DNA of 64,000 nt, taken from IMG/VR virus record IMGVR_UViG_3300029267_004155, one strand, 5' to 3'. The number at the start of each line of letters is the position of its first letter. Position 1 is the stretch's first letter. Origin of the DNA: a virus (Duplodnaviria > Caudoviricetes). Below the pieces are notes generated by a model. The model saw only the letters and a program-made list of their open reading frames with translations. It did no database searches and was not told where the DNA came from. Both the position numbers and the translations under genes were made by a program. Below are positions 47,310 through 58,300 of this stretch, piece after piece.

Positions 47310-48050
47310 TCATCCCCACGGCGGATCGTCGGGATAGCCGAAGGCGTCGAAGTCGGCGGAGAAGATTCTCCTGACGGCCCGCAGGAGCCGGTCGTCGTAG
47401 AAGTGTCGGTACGGGGGCACGCCGGCGCTGGTCGGGTAGAAGCGCGTGTCCGGGTCGCACCTCATCGCCGGGACGACCGTCTGGTGGTGGGAGGGGGTCG
47501 GGAGGCCGTCGAAGGAGTAGTCCGTCCCGTGGAGCCGGTTGAACTCGGAGAGCCCGCTGGCGGCGTCCTCGATCCTGACGACGTGGTAGCGGTTCGGGAA
47601 GGTCCTGTCGTGCAGGCTCAGCTGGGAGCCGACGTGAGGGTTGAAGGTCTCCAGGTCGAGGCGTTCGAGCTCGGAGACGAACTCTCGGAAGGTCATGCCG
47701 GCGAACCTGCGGGGCCATTCGAGGTGAGGCCCCGCGGTCCTGGCCATGACGACGGCGTGGAAGTAGCTGCTGACGGTCCTCGCGTATGGGTTCCTGGACG
47801 TCCGGATGCCTGGGACTGACGGGTCGGAGAGGGCGTCGAGGGTGGCCGGGTGCGCGGCGTGGTGGGGGCCGATCCGGTAGACGTGCACCCACGGGTCGTG
47901 CCGGAGGGCCTCGTCCAGGAGGCCGATCGATCTGAGGACGGCCTGGACCAGCATGGTGCAGCCGGCCTTGTGGTTCAGGCGAGCCAGGACGCCCCGAGAC
48001 GGGTCCAGCATGAGGTAGAACTTGAGATAGTGGTCGAGGTGGTTGTCCAT
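47310..48050 (-). CDS. Sulfotransferase family 2 protein
   Basis: NHKAGCT (5'-PSB-like), RNPYARTVSSY (3'-PB), NPHVGSQ, VRIED, DFDAFGY; the only clear minus-strand gene. Confidence 0.8.
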   Translation of the reverse strand: MDNHLDHYLKFYLMLDPSRGVLARLNHKAGCTMLVQAVLRSIGLLDEALRHDPWVHVYRIGPHHAAHPATLDALSDPSVPGIRTSRNPYARTVSSYFHAVVMARTAGPHLEWPRRFAGMTFREFVSELERLDLETFNPHVGSQLSLHDRTFPNRYHVVRIEDAASGLSEFNRLHGTDYSFDGLPTPSHHQTVVPAMRCDPDTRFYPTSAGVPPYRHFYDDRLLRAVRRIFSADFDAFGYPDDPPWG

Positions 48051-48390
48051 CGGTGCTCCTTTTGACGTATAGTAGGCCGTAAGGAGATTGTCTGCAAGGA
48101 GGTCGCGATGAGAGATGGGCTCGGGGTGCTGCTCGTCGAGGGCGGCGACGGAAAGGTCGCGGTGCAGCTGTTCGAGAGGCCGGAGGTGATGGCCGAGAGC
48201 CTTGGGCATCTGAAGGGGCGCGTGTCCGACGACCCGTCCAGGGTGACGGGCCTGACGGTGAGGTGGCCGGAGGGCGGTGGCGTCTCGGTGGAGGCCGTGG
48301 CGGTCGACTTGCCGGAGCCGCCGGAGACGCCCTGGGGCTGGAGGGTCGGCGAGGGTCCGATGAACGATCCGCAAGAAGGAGGCGACGCCG

Positions 48391-48822
48391 ATGTTTCTTG
48401 AACTGGAGATATCCGACAAGGTCGACAAGGACTGGGCGATCGGGATGCTGGAGACGCTCGACTTCGTGGCCGGGGCGGCCGAGACGACGGTGAAGGGGGA
48501 GGTCTGCGAGGCCTGGGGGAAGCTCCTGGCCGAGGTGGGCGCGGAGCTCTACCAGCTGGAGGACGGGAGCGATCCCAACTGTCCGCTGAACGCCTTGCGC
48601 GGGGAGATCGAGGACGCGATCGGGACCAGCTGCTCGAAGGGGCACAAGGACTGGTCCCGGGTCATGAGGGTCGGCGCCGTGTCGGCTTCGGTCCCGGCCC
48701 CGGCCCCGGAGCCGAAGGAAGAGGGTCCGGACGTCGGCGTCTGGACCGACGGGAGCGATCCGAAGGGCCTGATTGACCTGATCGGCCATGTTGAGATCGT
48801 GGACAGGGTCGAGGAACTCTGA
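48391..48822 (+). CDS. Hypothetical protein
   Basis: AGGAGG RBS. Confidence 0.55.
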   Translation: MFLELEISDKVDKDWAIGMLETLDFVAGAAETTVKGEVCEAWGKLLAEVGAELYQLEDGSDPNCPLNALRGEIEDAIGTSCSKGHKDWSRVMRVGAVSASVPAPAPEPKEEGPDVGVWTDGSDPKGLIDLIGHVEIVDRVEEL

Positions 48823-48905
48823 CTTTTTTTCAGGAAAACGCACGCGACGCGTGGAAAATCGGCCTCTTTTGGCAATATGGGGGTGGAGTTCAAGCCAAGG
48901 AGGAA
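48820..48905 (+). promoter_or_regulatory. Conserved promoter/RBS module, copy 1
   Basis: TGACTTTTTT...CGCGTGGAAAATCGGCCTCTTTTGGCAATATGGGGGT...CCAAGGAGGA. Confidence 0.8.
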
Positions 48906-48910
48906 CCTAG

Positions 48911-51052
48911 ATGCCAGTTGGATACTACAGCAAGGAACAGGCGCAGGACGCGGTGGTCGCTGCCGGGCTCGGCGCGGCCGGACTTGACGGTGTCAGGGTT
49001 GTTTGGCACGACGAGAAGATCGTTCCCAACGCCGATCCCGACAAGGGCGTCGTCAACCTTCCCCGCCTCGCTTGCGCCGAGGGGTTCACCCAGGAGGAGC
49101 TGACCGTCCTCCGGGGCAACACCGACCACGAGATCGGCCACTGCAAGGAGTCCGTCGGGGTTTCCAGGCGCCAGTGGCCCAAGGGTCCCCTCTTCGGAAT
49201 TTGGAACGCGATCGAGGATCGCCGCATGGAGCGCGCCTTCTCGAAGGAGTGGCCCGGCATCCGGTCCACCTTCCGCGACGCCCTCGGCATCGCCAACAGG
49301 AAGATCGGCGGCAACATCCTCGACGGCAAGGAGTATCCTCCACTGTGGGAGGCGCTCGCGGCCATGAGCTTCCAGTCCGAGGGCGAGGCTCCGACGTGGA
49401 AGCTCACCGACAAGGCCGACCACTACTACCAGGCCGGATATGCCACCTTCTCCGAGTGGCGCGAGTGCGAGACGGCCAGGGACGCCCTGGACCTCGCCAA
49501 GCGCCTCCACGCCGTTCTCAATCAGGCCAACAAGGACTGGCAGGAGAAGCAGGACGACGGTCAGGGCCAGGGCTCTGGCGACGGCGAGGACGAACGGGAC
49601 GGGCAGGACGGGCAGCCGGGCGAGAAGAAGTCCGACGACAGCGACGGCGAGGGCGGCCAGGATGCCGGTGGCCAGGATGCAGGGGAGCCTGCTGGAGAGT
49701 CCGACGAGGAAGGTGACAAGGACGCCGGCGACGGTTCTGGTGCTGGCGGCTCGAAAGAGCTTGATGACGATGGTGACGACTCCGGCGACTCCGAAGACGG
49801 GCAGTCTGGCGGGGGAGGTTCGGACGATGGTGACGACTCCGGCGACTCCGAAGACGGGCAGTCTGGCGGGGGAGGTTCGGACGATGACGGTGACGGACAG
49901 GGCGATGGAGCCTCCGGGGGCGGCGAGCCGGACGAGGGCGGCGAGCCGGACCGGCACGACGGGGCCGAGGGTCATGGTGGCGGCGGCCGGGGGCCCGGTG
50001 GTGGCCACAGGGACGAACTGCCGGACGACGAGGACGTCGACAGGGGCTTGACGCCCGAGGACGTCGAGAGGGCCATTGCCGAGGACATGGACGGGGACAA
50101 CCCCATCGACCTCGTCAAGGGCGAGATCGTCGTGGAGGCGATGGAGCGAGTCGAGAGGGACGCGTGGAGCTCGGGCGCCAGTCCGTACACGGCCCTCAGG
50201 CACACTGATGAGCACACGGTCCCGGCTGGCGACAGGGACGAGTTCATGGCTCTCAGGAAGAGTATCCAGACTTCCGTCTTCGCGCTGACCCGGATGCTGG
50301 AGCAGGCCCTCAGGGCCATGGCCAGCTGTCGCAGGTTGCGAGGCAAGCGGTCGGGCCGGCTGGACGCCACCCGGCTGGTCCACGTGGCCAAGAGCCTCTC
50401 CAGGGACGTCTTCGAGCGCAAGCGCCTCGGGTCCAAGCTGGACACGGCGGTCGTCCTGGTCATCGACGAGAGCGGCTCCATGTGGGCCTGCAGGGAGATA
50501 GGCAAGGTCGTGGCGGCCATGGGCGAGGCCATGTCGGCCTGCAACATCCCCTTCGAGATAGTGGGGGCGACCACCAAGTACAGTGGCGGGGCCAGGAGGT
50601 GTCCGTGCCTGGACGGCTTCACCCGGACCAACCCCGTGGTCTACATGCACTACAAGAGCTTCGGCGAGCGGTGGGCCGGCGTGGCTCACAGGATTGTCGA
50701 GATAGCGGCCCGCAAGCACCACATCGACGGCGAGGTCGTGGAGCACGGGGCTGCCCGGCTGCTGGGGCGCCGGGAGTCCCGCAAGGTCGTCATCAGCCTC
50801 TCGGACGGCGACCCCTGCGGCGGGCAGGGCAACGACCGGGAGCTGGCGAGCAACCTGGTCCGCGTCTGCAAGCGGGCCCGGGAGGCGGGCGTCGAGGTCT
50901 ACAGCCTGAGCATCGACACGACGACTCCGGCTCGCTACTACGGCAAAGAGAACAGCGTGGTCATGAAGAAGGGCGACGACTTCGGCAAGGAGTTCGCCAG
51001 GAACTTCGTCAAGATACTCACCGACGGGCGGTTGAAGGTCGCCGGGGTCTAA
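48911..51052 (+). CDS. CobT-like vWA protein (HExxH N-domain, acidic linker, vWA)
   Basis: [33 protein letters not shown]. Confidence 0.85.
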   Translation: MPVGYYSKEQAQDAVVAAGLGAAGLDGVRVVWHDEKIVPNADPDKGVVNLPRLACAEGFTQEELTVLRGNTDHEIGHCKESVGVSRRQWPKGPLFGIWNAIEDRRMERAFSKEWPGIRSTFRDALGIANRKIGGNILDGKEYPPLWEALAAMSFQSEGEAPTWKLTDKADHYYQAGYATFSEWRECETARDALDLAKRLHAVLNQANKDWQEKQDDGQGQGSGDGEDERDGQDGQPGEKKSDDSDGEGGQDAGGQDAGEPAGESDEEGDKDAGDGSGAGGSKELDDDGDDSGDSEDGQSGGGGSDDGDDSGDSEDGQSGGGGSDDDGDGQGDGASGGGEPDEGGEPDRHDGAEGHGGGGRGPGGGHRDELPDDEDVDRGLTPEDVERAIAEDMDGDNPIDLVKGEIVVEAMERVERDAWSSGASPYTALRHTDEHTVPAGDRDEFMALRKSIQTSVFALTRMLEQALRAMASCRRLRGKRSGRLDATRLVHVAKSLSRDVFERKRLGSKLDTAVVLVIDESGSMWACREIGKVVAAMGEAMSACNIPFEIVGATTKYSGGARRCPCLDGFTRTNPVVYMHYKSFGERWAGVAHRIVEIAARKHHIDGEVVEHGAARLLGRRESRKVVISLSDGDPCGGQGNDRELASNLVRVCKRAREAGVEVYSLSIDTTTPARYYGKENSVVMKKGDDFGKEFARNFVKILTDGRLKVAGV
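49766..49886 (+). repeat. 57-bp tandem duplication in the acidic linker
   Basis: [19 protein letters not shown] x2. Confidence 0.9.
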
Positions 51053-51064
51053 GGAGGGACGACG

Positions 51065-51616
51065 ATGCAAAAGAGAGCGATATGGCAGAAGGTCGGGCAC
51101 TGCGTCAAAGGCTCGAGCGACAAGCTGTACGTCGTGGTTGTGATCGAGGGGCCGACGTTGGGCGAGTTCGAGGTCGTGGCCAGGTGGGGCAAGCGGCGGC
51201 TGACCGGTCCCCAGCAGAGCAAGACGTACCACGAGTGTGGCTCTCTCACCGGGGCCTTGTGCGAGGCCGAGAAGCTGTGGAAGAAGAAGGTCGATAAGGG
51301 GTATGTGGACATCGACGCGCCGGGGTACGACGGCCCGATCTACTGGGACTGGCTGCGCGGGACCGACTGGTACACCGCAGGGGCCGAGGGCGCCCGGATC
51401 ATGCGGGGCAGCCAGCCGGCCATGCCGGCCGCCAAGTTGAAGGAGAGGACCTTCGTCGTGGTCTGCGTCAACGCGGGCGGCGTGGAGGACAGGTTCGTCG
51501 AGGGTGAGCAGTACGCGGCCGAGGGGCATTCCGACTCCGAGATGCTGTGGGTCACCGACATGAGGGGCAAGAGGGACGAGTGGTTCATGGAGCGTTTCGA
51601 GCGCCTGTCCGTCTGA
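51065..51616 (+). CDS. WGR-domain protein
   Basis: GSSDKLY...VARWGKR...KKKVDKGY. Confidence 0.75.
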   Translation: MQKRAIWQKVGHCVKGSSDKLYVVVVIEGPTLGEFEVVARWGKRRLTGPQQSKTYHECGSLTGALCEAEKLWKKKVDKGYVDIDAPGYDGPIYWDWLRGTDWYTAGAEGARIMRGSQPAMPAAKLKERTFVVVCVNAGGVEDRFVEGEQYAAEGHSDSEMLWVTDMRGKRDEWFMERFERLSV

Positions 51617-51627
51617 GGAGGTTCGAT

Positions 51628-52290
51628 ATGATGTTCGTCAAGTATGTCGGCTCTGGACGGGAGGGGGCGGTCCTGAGGAAGGGGCGCGTGTACCTGGGGC
51701 GCCCGGCGCTGGAGGACCATGCCGCGGTGGACGTGGACAAGGTGGTGGTCGTCGGCGACGACGGCTCCGAGGTGTCGTTCCGGCCGGCCGACTCGGAGGG
51801 CTCTTTCGAGTTCCTGGACTTCGTCTACGCGGTGGTTCTCCGGGACTGCGGCGTGGGGGCTGCCGGGGACGTCGTGAGGTTGGAGGGGGCGGACGACGAC
51901 GGCTACTACCTGGTGGCGGGGAAGGGGCATCACAACGCGGCCTTCTTCGAGATCATGGACGAGTCGAACCTGGCCCCGGGCTTCTGGGTCCTGGACCTGT
52001 CCGACGGCCGCTGGCGGCAGATCACGCGCGTCGCGGCGTGCGGGTGGGTGGCGATCGAGGGCCTGTCGTCGATGCGGCCGTTGACTGACTTCGCCTTTCC
52101 GGTCGGGGGCGGAGGCGTCCTGGCAGAGCCGGTGGCGCGCTGTGTGGACGTGGCCGGCGAGCCTGGGCTGGAGGAGGGCCGGGTCTACCGGATGACGGGG
52201 TGGGACAGGGTCGGAGGCATCGTGGAGATCGTGGTCGACGATGTCGAGAGGTCCTTCATGGAATCCAGGTTCGAGATAGGGGACGTTTGA
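51628..52290 (+). CDS. Hypothetical protein
   Basis: GAGGAGG RBS. Confidence 0.6.
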   Translation: MMFVKYVGSGREGAVLRKGRVYLGRPALEDHAAVDVDKVVVVGDDGSEVSFRPADSEGSFEFLDFVYAVVLRDCGVGAAGDVVRLEGADDDGYYLVAGKGHHNAAFFEIMDESNLAPGFWVLDLSDGRWRQITRVAACGWVAIEGLSSMRPLTDFAFPVGGGGVLAEPVARCVDVAGEPGLEEGRVYRMTGWDRVGGIVEIVVDDVERSFMESRFEIGDV

Positions 52291-52378
52291 CTTTTTTCAG
52301 GAAAACGCGCGCGACGCGTGGAAAATCGGCCTCTTTTGGCAATATGGGGGTGGAGACACGGCCAACCAAGGAGGAACC
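52288..52378 (+). promoter_or_regulatory. Conserved promoter/RBS module, copy 2
   Basis: Near-identical to copy 1. Confidence 0.8.
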
Positions 52379-52381
52379 GAG

Positions 52382-53596
52382 ATGGCAACGAAGGCGAACG
52401 AGAAGCAAGTGGCGGACAAGGTCGAGCAGCTGCTCGGCACCGAGGTCCGCATCGAGGTCAAGGCGGACGATCCTTCCGTCGTGGACATCGCCAAGGACCT
52501 GCGCCTGGCGCGGGTGCTCCTGGCGTTGACGACCAGGGGCATCGCGATCGAGCGGGCCGGCAACGTCATGACCATCTTCCGCATCGGGGCCGCGCGGCCG
52601 GCCCAGGCGGGGCCGCCCAAGGGTGTCGTGGTGCCCGATCCTGACAGGCCGGAGGCCACCGCCACCCCGAAGGTGGACCGGAGCCGTCACAGCTCCCGCC
52701 CGTACGCCAAGGAGAAGGACGTGCTCGACGTGGTCACGGACGACGCGAGCCACGTCCTCATGTTCGTCGGGCCCGCGGGCTGCGGCAAGACCTTCGAGGC
52801 TCGCCGCATCGCCGAGCTGACGGGACGCAAGTTCTACCGCCTCCAGTGCCATGGCGACATGACCTCCGCCGACCTCTTCGGCGAGAAGACCGTCGAGGTC
52901 GACGAGAAGACCGGCCAGTCGGTCGTCGTCTACAAGCCGGGCACCGTGGTCCAGGCCTGGCAGGAGGGGCTCGACGAGGACGGCAACGAGACCGGCCAGG
53001 CGGCGCTTCTCCTGATCGACGAGTGGGCGGCCATGCCGACCCACCTGTTCATCGCTCTCAACGCCTCCCTGGAGTCGGACGACCCCCGGCGCAGGCTGGT
53101 GGTCGAGGCTGACGGCGGCAGGCTCATCCGGAGCCACAGCGGCCTCCGCATCATCCTCACGAGCAACCTGGCGGGGCGCGGGGCCTCGACCATGGGCGAG
53201 GCCCTTCACACGGCCCAGGCGGACGCTCAGGACATCTCGGGCATCAACCGGGTGGCTGCCACTTTCCGCTTCGGCTATGACAGGAAGCTGGAGAAGGGCA
53301 TTCTCATGGAGAAGGTGGGCGACGACAGGGTGGTCCGGGACATCCTGCGCCTCCGCGACCAGATCAGGGCCCAAATCAAGACCGAGCGCCTGCGGGAGCC
53401 TTTCGGCACCCGGCACTTGATCGCCATAGCGAACCTCTATCGCATCTGGGGCGACCTCGGGAAGGCGCTCTACCTGTCCATCATGACGGGCATGGCGCCC
53501 GATGAGCGGGCGGTCGTCAACGAGACCGCCAAGAACGTCCTCGACCGCGACCTCATGAAGGAGATCGAGGACGACGAGGACATCGACTACATGTGA
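52382..53596 (+). CDS. CobS/MoxR-like AAA+ ATPase
   Basis: GPAGCGKT, LLIDE, TSN, GTRHL. Confidence 0.88.
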   Translation: MATKANEKQVADKVEQLLGTEVRIEVKADDPSVVDIAKDLRLARVLLALTTRGIAIERAGNVMTIFRIGAARPAQAGPPKGVVVPDPDRPEATATPKVDRSRHSSRPYAKEKDVLDVVTDDASHVLMFVGPAGCGKTFEARRIAELTGRKFYRLQCHGDMTSADLFGEKTVEVDEKTGQSVVVYKPGTVVQAWQEGLDEDGNETGQAALLLIDEWAAMPTHLFIALNASLESDDPRRRLVVEADGGRLIRSHSGLRIILTSNLAGRGASTMGEALHTAQADAQDISGINRVAATFRFGYDRKLEKGILMEKVGDDRVVRDILRLRDQIRAQIKTERLREPFGTRHLIAIANLYRIWGDLGKALYLSIMTGMAPDERAVVNETAKNVLDRDLMKEIEDDEDIDYM

Positions 53597-53621
53597 CCTC
53601 GGCGGCTGGCCGTGCCGCTCC

Positions 53622-53655
53622 GGGCCGGGACATCAAGGTCCCGGCCCTTTTTCTT
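53622..53655 (+). terminator. Intrinsic terminator
   Basis: GGGCCGGGAC-ATCAAG-GTCCCGGCCC followed by U-tract. Confidence 0.85.
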
Positions 53656-53721
53656 TGTCCGGATCGCTTGCTTTCGGGGTTGTCCTGCGCTATTTGTTAG
53701 TCAACCGGAGGTGGCCCGCGT

Positions 53722-54129
53722 ATGGATGGAAACGACAGGTACCTGATCTACCGGATGCTCGGTCGGCGAGTCGACATGACCCCGCCGAGAAGAAGCCGTC
53801 GCGCGTGCCACGTGGTGGGCGTCGTGGAGAAGGTGGTCCGGAACATCTTCGACAACGTCGTGGAGCTGACGGTGGCCGGCCGGATGTTCTCCTTCGACGA
53901 GCCGAGCGCGATATTGGCGCAGGAGGATGACGTCGTCTTCGTCTACGGCGGCAGGATCGCCGCGGCCGACGACGAGGTCTTCCGGCAGGTTGGTGAGAAG
54001 GCCCACTCCGGCGAGAACATCTATGACGTGATGAGGCGCACCGAGGGCCGCTCGGAGAGGCTGCTCCGTTTCCGCCTGGGGCCTTCTGAGAAGGTCCGGC
54101 GCGTCCGGCGACGCCCGGCCATGGTCTGA
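53722..54129 (+). CDS. Hypothetical protein
   Basis: GGAGG RBS. Confidence 0.6.
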   Translation: MDGNDRYLIYRMLGRRVDMTPPRRSRRACHVVGVVEKVVRNIFDNVVELTVAGRMFSFDEPSAILAQEDDVVFVYGGRIAAADDEVFRQVGEKAHSGENIYDVMRRTEGRSERLLRFRLGPSEKVRRVRRRPAMV

Positions 54130-54149
54130 TCCTTTCTTTTGATCTTTCC

Positions 54150-54240
54150 TGACTTTTTTTGCTCCTCCGCGTGGAAAACCTGCCTCTTTTGGCAATATGG
54201 GGGTAGAGCGTGCGATGAGAACGGCCAACCAAGGAGGACC
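54150..54240 (+). promoter_or_regulatory. Conserved promoter/RBS module, copy 3
   Basis: Shared core motif. Confidence 0.8.
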
Positions 54241-54246
54241 GACAAG

Positions 54247-55383
54247 ATGACAGAGACCATCAACGAAGGCACGGGCGCGGGGCTGGGGGTCAACGTCTGG
54301 TACACGGTGCCGCAGGGCATCGTCATTCCGGCGGAGGATGCCCAGGCTGCCGCGGTGAGAAACGGCTTCCAGGAATGCGACTTCCCGGTGCCGAGCCCGC
54401 GGACCGAGGTGTCCCGCGCGGCGCACTCCCTGCAGGATCGCCGGCACAAGAGCAACCGGCGCGTGACCGAGAAGACCAAGGACAACGACCGCTACGTGGT
54501 CTATGGCATCCTCGACCAGACCCGCAAGGGCGACGAGGAGGTCGCGTTCGAGCAGGGCACGACGGTCCGCTTCGACAAGGAGACCGGACGGGTGGACGCG
54601 GAAGGCCCGCTTGCCGAGGACTTCCAGAAGCGCTACAACAAGGTCAAGGGCGCGGTCACGGATGACGACGTCCGCATCTTCCTGCGCCGGGTGGTCGGCA
54701 TGTGCTTCGGGGTTCCGAAGCGCCCGACGGGCGGCATCTGGTTCGTCCCCGGCCACGTGGCGACCATCGTCGAGAACGCGCAGGCCGTACTGGACGAGCT
54801 GAAGACTGGGGCCAAGCTCTACCTCGAAGGCGTCGTGAACGGCGTCAGGGAGCGGGAGAACGTCTGGGAGTCGGTCGAGGGCGAGATCGAGAAGAGGATC
54901 GAGGAGACCCTCCGGGCGGTCGAGCGCATCGGCAAGCGGGCGGCCGGCCTCGTTGACCACGAGGCGACGATCGCCGGGCTTGACGAGCTCATGAAGGTGT
55001 ACTCCAACATCCTGGGCGAGGAGGCCCGGCACGAGGCGCTCGCGGAGAAGCTGTCGGACGCGGCGCAGACGGTCGCGGCCAAGATGGCTGCCATGCAGGC
55101 CACTCGGATGGTCCGCAAGGCCAAGGGTCGCAAGAAGGGCGGTTCGACCGCGTCGGGCGGATACGGGACTCAGGTCGTCGAGGCCGTCAAGGGGGTCCTG
55201 GGGGCGGCTGGCGTCCCGCTCCACTATCGGGACATCGCCGACAAGGCGTTCGAGGCGGGCCTGGCCAAGCGTGGCCGCGACCCCCACAAGACCGTGGCGT
55301 CGTGGATCGCCGAGGCTGGCCGGGACGGGGCCGACAGCCCCTTCGTCCGGGCGGGGCGCGGGACCTACACCCTCGCCTCCTGA
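54247..55383 (+). CDS. DUF6744-like protein with C-terminal HARE-type winged HTH
   Basis: PTGGIWFVP; VLGAAGVPLHYRDIADKA..GL...PHKTV...FVRAGRGTYTL. Confidence 0.7.
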   Translation: MTETINEGTGAGLGVNVWYTVPQGIVIPAEDAQAAAVRNGFQECDFPVPSPRTEVSRAAHSLQDRRHKSNRRVTEKTKDNDRYVVYGILDQTRKGDEEVAFEQGTTVRFDKETGRVDAEGPLAEDFQKRYNKVKGAVTDDDVRIFLRRVVGMCFGVPKRPTGGIWFVPGHVATIVENAQAVLDELKTGAKLYLEGVVNGVRERENVWESVEGEIEKRIEETLRAVERIGKRAAGLVDHEATIAGLDELMKVYSNILGEEARHEALAEKLSDAAQTVAAKMAAMQATRMVRKAKGRKKGGSTASGGYGTQVVEAVKGVLGAAGVPLHYRDIADKAFEAGLAKRGRDPHKTVASWIAEAGRDGADSPFVRAGRGTYTLAS

Positions 55384-55463
55384 AGGTGTCACGGGAAAGC
55401 CGGAGGGTGTCCTCCGGCTTTTCTGTTCAAGGCGTATAATGGGAAAAGAAGGAGGATCATGAC

Positions 55464-57383
55464 ATGGGCGTCAACGAACGGATAAGAGAGCTCGAAGGGC
55501 TCGTGCGGTACCACTCCGACATCTACTTCAACGAGGCGAAGCAGGAGATCACGGACGCCGAGTACGACGAGCTGGTGGCCGAGCTGACGGAGCTCGACCC
55601 GGAGTCCCCGGCGCTGGTGGAGGTCGGCTCGGTGCCGTCCTACGGGCGCAAGGTGAAGCACAGCTCGACCATGGGCTCGCTGAAGAAGGCGACGACCGTG
55701 GACGAGGTGATGGCGTGGCACGAGGCCTGCGGGGGTGGCGACATCGTCCTGATGCCGAAGATGGACGGCCTGGCCATAAGGCTGAACTACAGGAGCGGGC
55801 GGTTCGTCCAGGCCGCGACACGGGGCGACGGGGAGATCGGCCAGGACGTGACCGACAACGCCAGGGGCGTCGACGGGGTGCGCGAGGAGATCGAGGACAA
55901 GGGGCCCGTCGAGATGCGGGGCGAGGTCTACATGCCGAAGGACGTCTTCCGGGGTTTCCAGGAGACCGGCTCCATCGACTTCGCCAACCCGAGGAACGCG
56001 GCGGCCGGCAGCCTGTGCGCCAAGGACCCGAAGGTGACGGCGAGCCGCGGGCTCTGCTTCCGGTGCTACGAGATCACGGGAGTCCACGGCCTGGAGTCGG
56101 AGACGGCCCGGCACGTCTACGCGAAGAACGAGCTCGGCGTGCCGTACGTGTCCATGAAGAGGTTCCATGACGGGCCGAACCTGAGGGCCGAGCTGGAGGC
56201 CGAGCTTCACGACTGCGAGTTCTCCAAGCGCCAGAAGATGAACTTCGAGATCGACGGCATGGTGCTGGCGATCGGAGACCTGGAGACGCAGGAGGAGCTC
56301 GGGTGGTCGGGGCGGCGCCCCAATGGGAAGATAGCCTACAAGTTCCGCCCCGAGCAGAAGGTCGCCGTCGTGCGCAGCGTGGATTGGCAGGTGGGCAGGA
56401 CCGGGCGCATGACGCCCATGGCGAGGATCGAGCCCACGGCCCTGTCCGGGAGCGTGGTCAAGAACGTGACGCTCCACAACCAGAAGTTCCTGGAGGAGCT
56501 GGGGCTCTGCGCCGGCTGCCGGGTGCTGGTCCAGAAGGCCGGCGACATCATCCCGCAGGTGGTGCGGAAGACGGACGGGCCGGAGGGCGCCGCGATTCCG
56601 AGGCCGGGGGTCTGCCCGTCCTGCGGGAGCAAGCTGAGGTTCGACGACGTGAACCTCTGGTGCGACTCCGTCTCGTGCCCGGCGAAGCTGGAGGAGAGGG
56701 TGCTCCACTACCTGAGGCGCATGGACGTCCTCGGGGTGGGGCCGGCGCTCGTCTCGGCTCTCTGTCGGAAAGGCCTCGTCAAGAGGCTGCCGGACTTGTA
56801 CTCCATCCCCTTCTCGGGGCTTCAGGAGGCGGCCGGGGGGACGCAGGCGGCGAGGAACGCCATGGAGGCGATCCTGGGCCGGAACGAGGTCCCGCTGCAC
56901 CAGTTCCTTTCCGCTCTCGGGGTTGGCGGGCTCGGGCGCACGACGTCCAGGGCGGTGGCGAAGGAGTACCGGTCCCTCTCCAAGATCGTGGCGTGTCCGG
57001 ACCTTCCCCTCATGGTTGGCCGGCTGGTCGGGCTGGACGGGATCGGGGAGACGACGGCCGGCTCCATCGCGCTCGGGCTGGCGGAGATCGCGAAGGAGGT
57101 CGAGGAGCTGGCCGGGATCATAGAGGTGCAGGACGTGGCCGAGGCCGAGGGGCCTCTGGTCGGACGGAGCTTCTGTCTGACCGGCGCCATGAGTCGGCCG
57201 AGGAAGGCGATAGCCGCGGACATCGAGGCCGCGGGCGGCGAGGTGAGGTCGAGTGTCGGGAAGGGATTGGACTTCCTGGTTCAGGCTGACGCGTCCAGCA
57301 CGTCAGGCAAGACGAAGAAGGCAGTGGCCAACGGGACCGCCATCATCGGCGAGGACGAGCTGGTCGAGATGATGCGGGGCTGA
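55464..57383 (+). CDS. ligA: NAD-dependent DNA ligase
   Basis: ITDAEYDEL, KMDG, TRGDG, RGE, ANPRNAAAG, QVGRTG, KAGDIIPQV, Zn finger, HhH, BRCT. Confidence 0.97.
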   Translation: MGVNERIRELEGLVRYHSDIYFNEAKQEITDAEYDELVAELTELDPESPALVEVGSVPSYGRKVKHSSTMGSLKKATTVDEVMAWHEACGGGDIVLMPKMDGLAIRLNYRSGRFVQAATRGDGEIGQDVTDNARGVDGVREEIEDKGPVEMRGEVYMPKDVFRGFQETGSIDFANPRNAAAGSLCAKDPKVTASRGLCFRCYEITGVHGLESETARHVYAKNELGVPYVSMKRFHDGPNLRAELEAELHDCEFSKRQKMNFEIDGMVLAIGDLETQEELGWSGRRPNGKIAYKFRPEQKVAVVRSVDWQVGRTGRMTPMARIEPTALSGSVVKNVTLHNQKFLEELGLCAGCRVLVQKAGDIIPQVVRKTDGPEGAAIPRPGVCPSCGSKLRFDDVNLWCDSVSCPAKLEERVLHYLRRMDVLGVGPALVSALCRKGLVKRLPDLYSIPFSGLQEAAGGTQAARNAMEAILGRNEVPLHQFLSALGVGGLGRTTSRAVAKEYRSLSKIVACPDLPLMVGRLVGLDGIGETTAGSIALGLAEIAKEVEELAGIIEVQDVAEAEGPLVGRSFCLTGAMSRPRKAIAADIEAAGGEVRSSVGKGLDFLVQADASSTSGKTKKAVANGTAIIGEDELVEMMRG

Positions 57384-57754
57384 GAGACGGCCCATGGAAG
57401 CGGAGATGTGGAAAGGGCCTTGGCGGGTCGGCCATGACCGAGCGGGCCGAACGGATCGAGGCCGAGCTGAAAGTGATAGGTGGTGGATGACATGGATGTG
57501 CCGAGCATGCCGGGGGAGAGGGCGCACGGCTTGTTCGTCGCCGCGGAGAGGATGGGGCTGGACGGCCCCACCCACGACATGATCTCGATGGCGATTCAGG
57601 ATGCCGAGTTCGACACCTTGAACTTCCCCGACGTGATCGCGCAGAGGCATGGGCACGGGTGGGACGGCAAGGGCATGATGGTGCGCGTGGACAATCCGGA
57701 GTCCGATGCCGACATGATCGCGGACGAGGTGATAGCGGAGCTGGAGTACATGGA

Positions 57755-58300
57755 ATGAGCGAGATGCACTTGGCCCAGGTGACGGTGGTCTTCTACGATG
57801 TCGGCGACGCCGTTCCGTGGGACGACGAGTTCGCCGTCATGCGGAAGCGGGCCGACGAGACGTCCGAGGAGCGGACCGGGAAGACGGCCCTCGGCCAGGA
57901 GCTCGAGCCGTGGCACGTCTTCACGGAGCCGAACGCCGGCATGAACGTGACCTTCGTCGGCTCGTGGAGCGACGGGTCTGCCGGTTGCCTGCTGGAGCAC
58001 GAGGTCCAGGAGATGGGCCTCTCCCACGTCATCGAGGGTTTGGAGGAGGCCTTGTTCGCCATTGCCGAGAGGAGGATGGCTGCCGAGCAGAGGAGGATGG
58101 ACGGGTTGCCGTTGCCTCCAGCGTGCCTGATGTCGTATGACGTCACGCATCCGAAGTTGCGGGCCATTTCGTTCGTGGCGGCTTTCGAGGCCAAGACGTG
58201 GAGGCGCGCGGACGACGATTGGGGCGTGGACGCGGTGTTGCTCGGCGTGGTGGACCTGGACAGGATCAAGGAGGTAGTCGAGCATGAGGACGCCGAGTGA
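57755..58300 (+). CDS. Hypothetical protein
   Basis: ATGA coupling. Confidence 0.55.
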   Translation: MSEMHLAQVTVVFYDVGDAVPWDDEFAVMRKRADETSEERTGKTALGQELEPWHVFTEPNAGMNVTFVGSWSDGSAGCLLEHEVQEMGLSHVIEGLEEALFAIAERRMAAEQRRMDGLPLPPACLMSYDVTHPKLRAISFVAAFEAKTWRRADDDWGVDAVLLGVVDLDRIKEVVEHEDAE

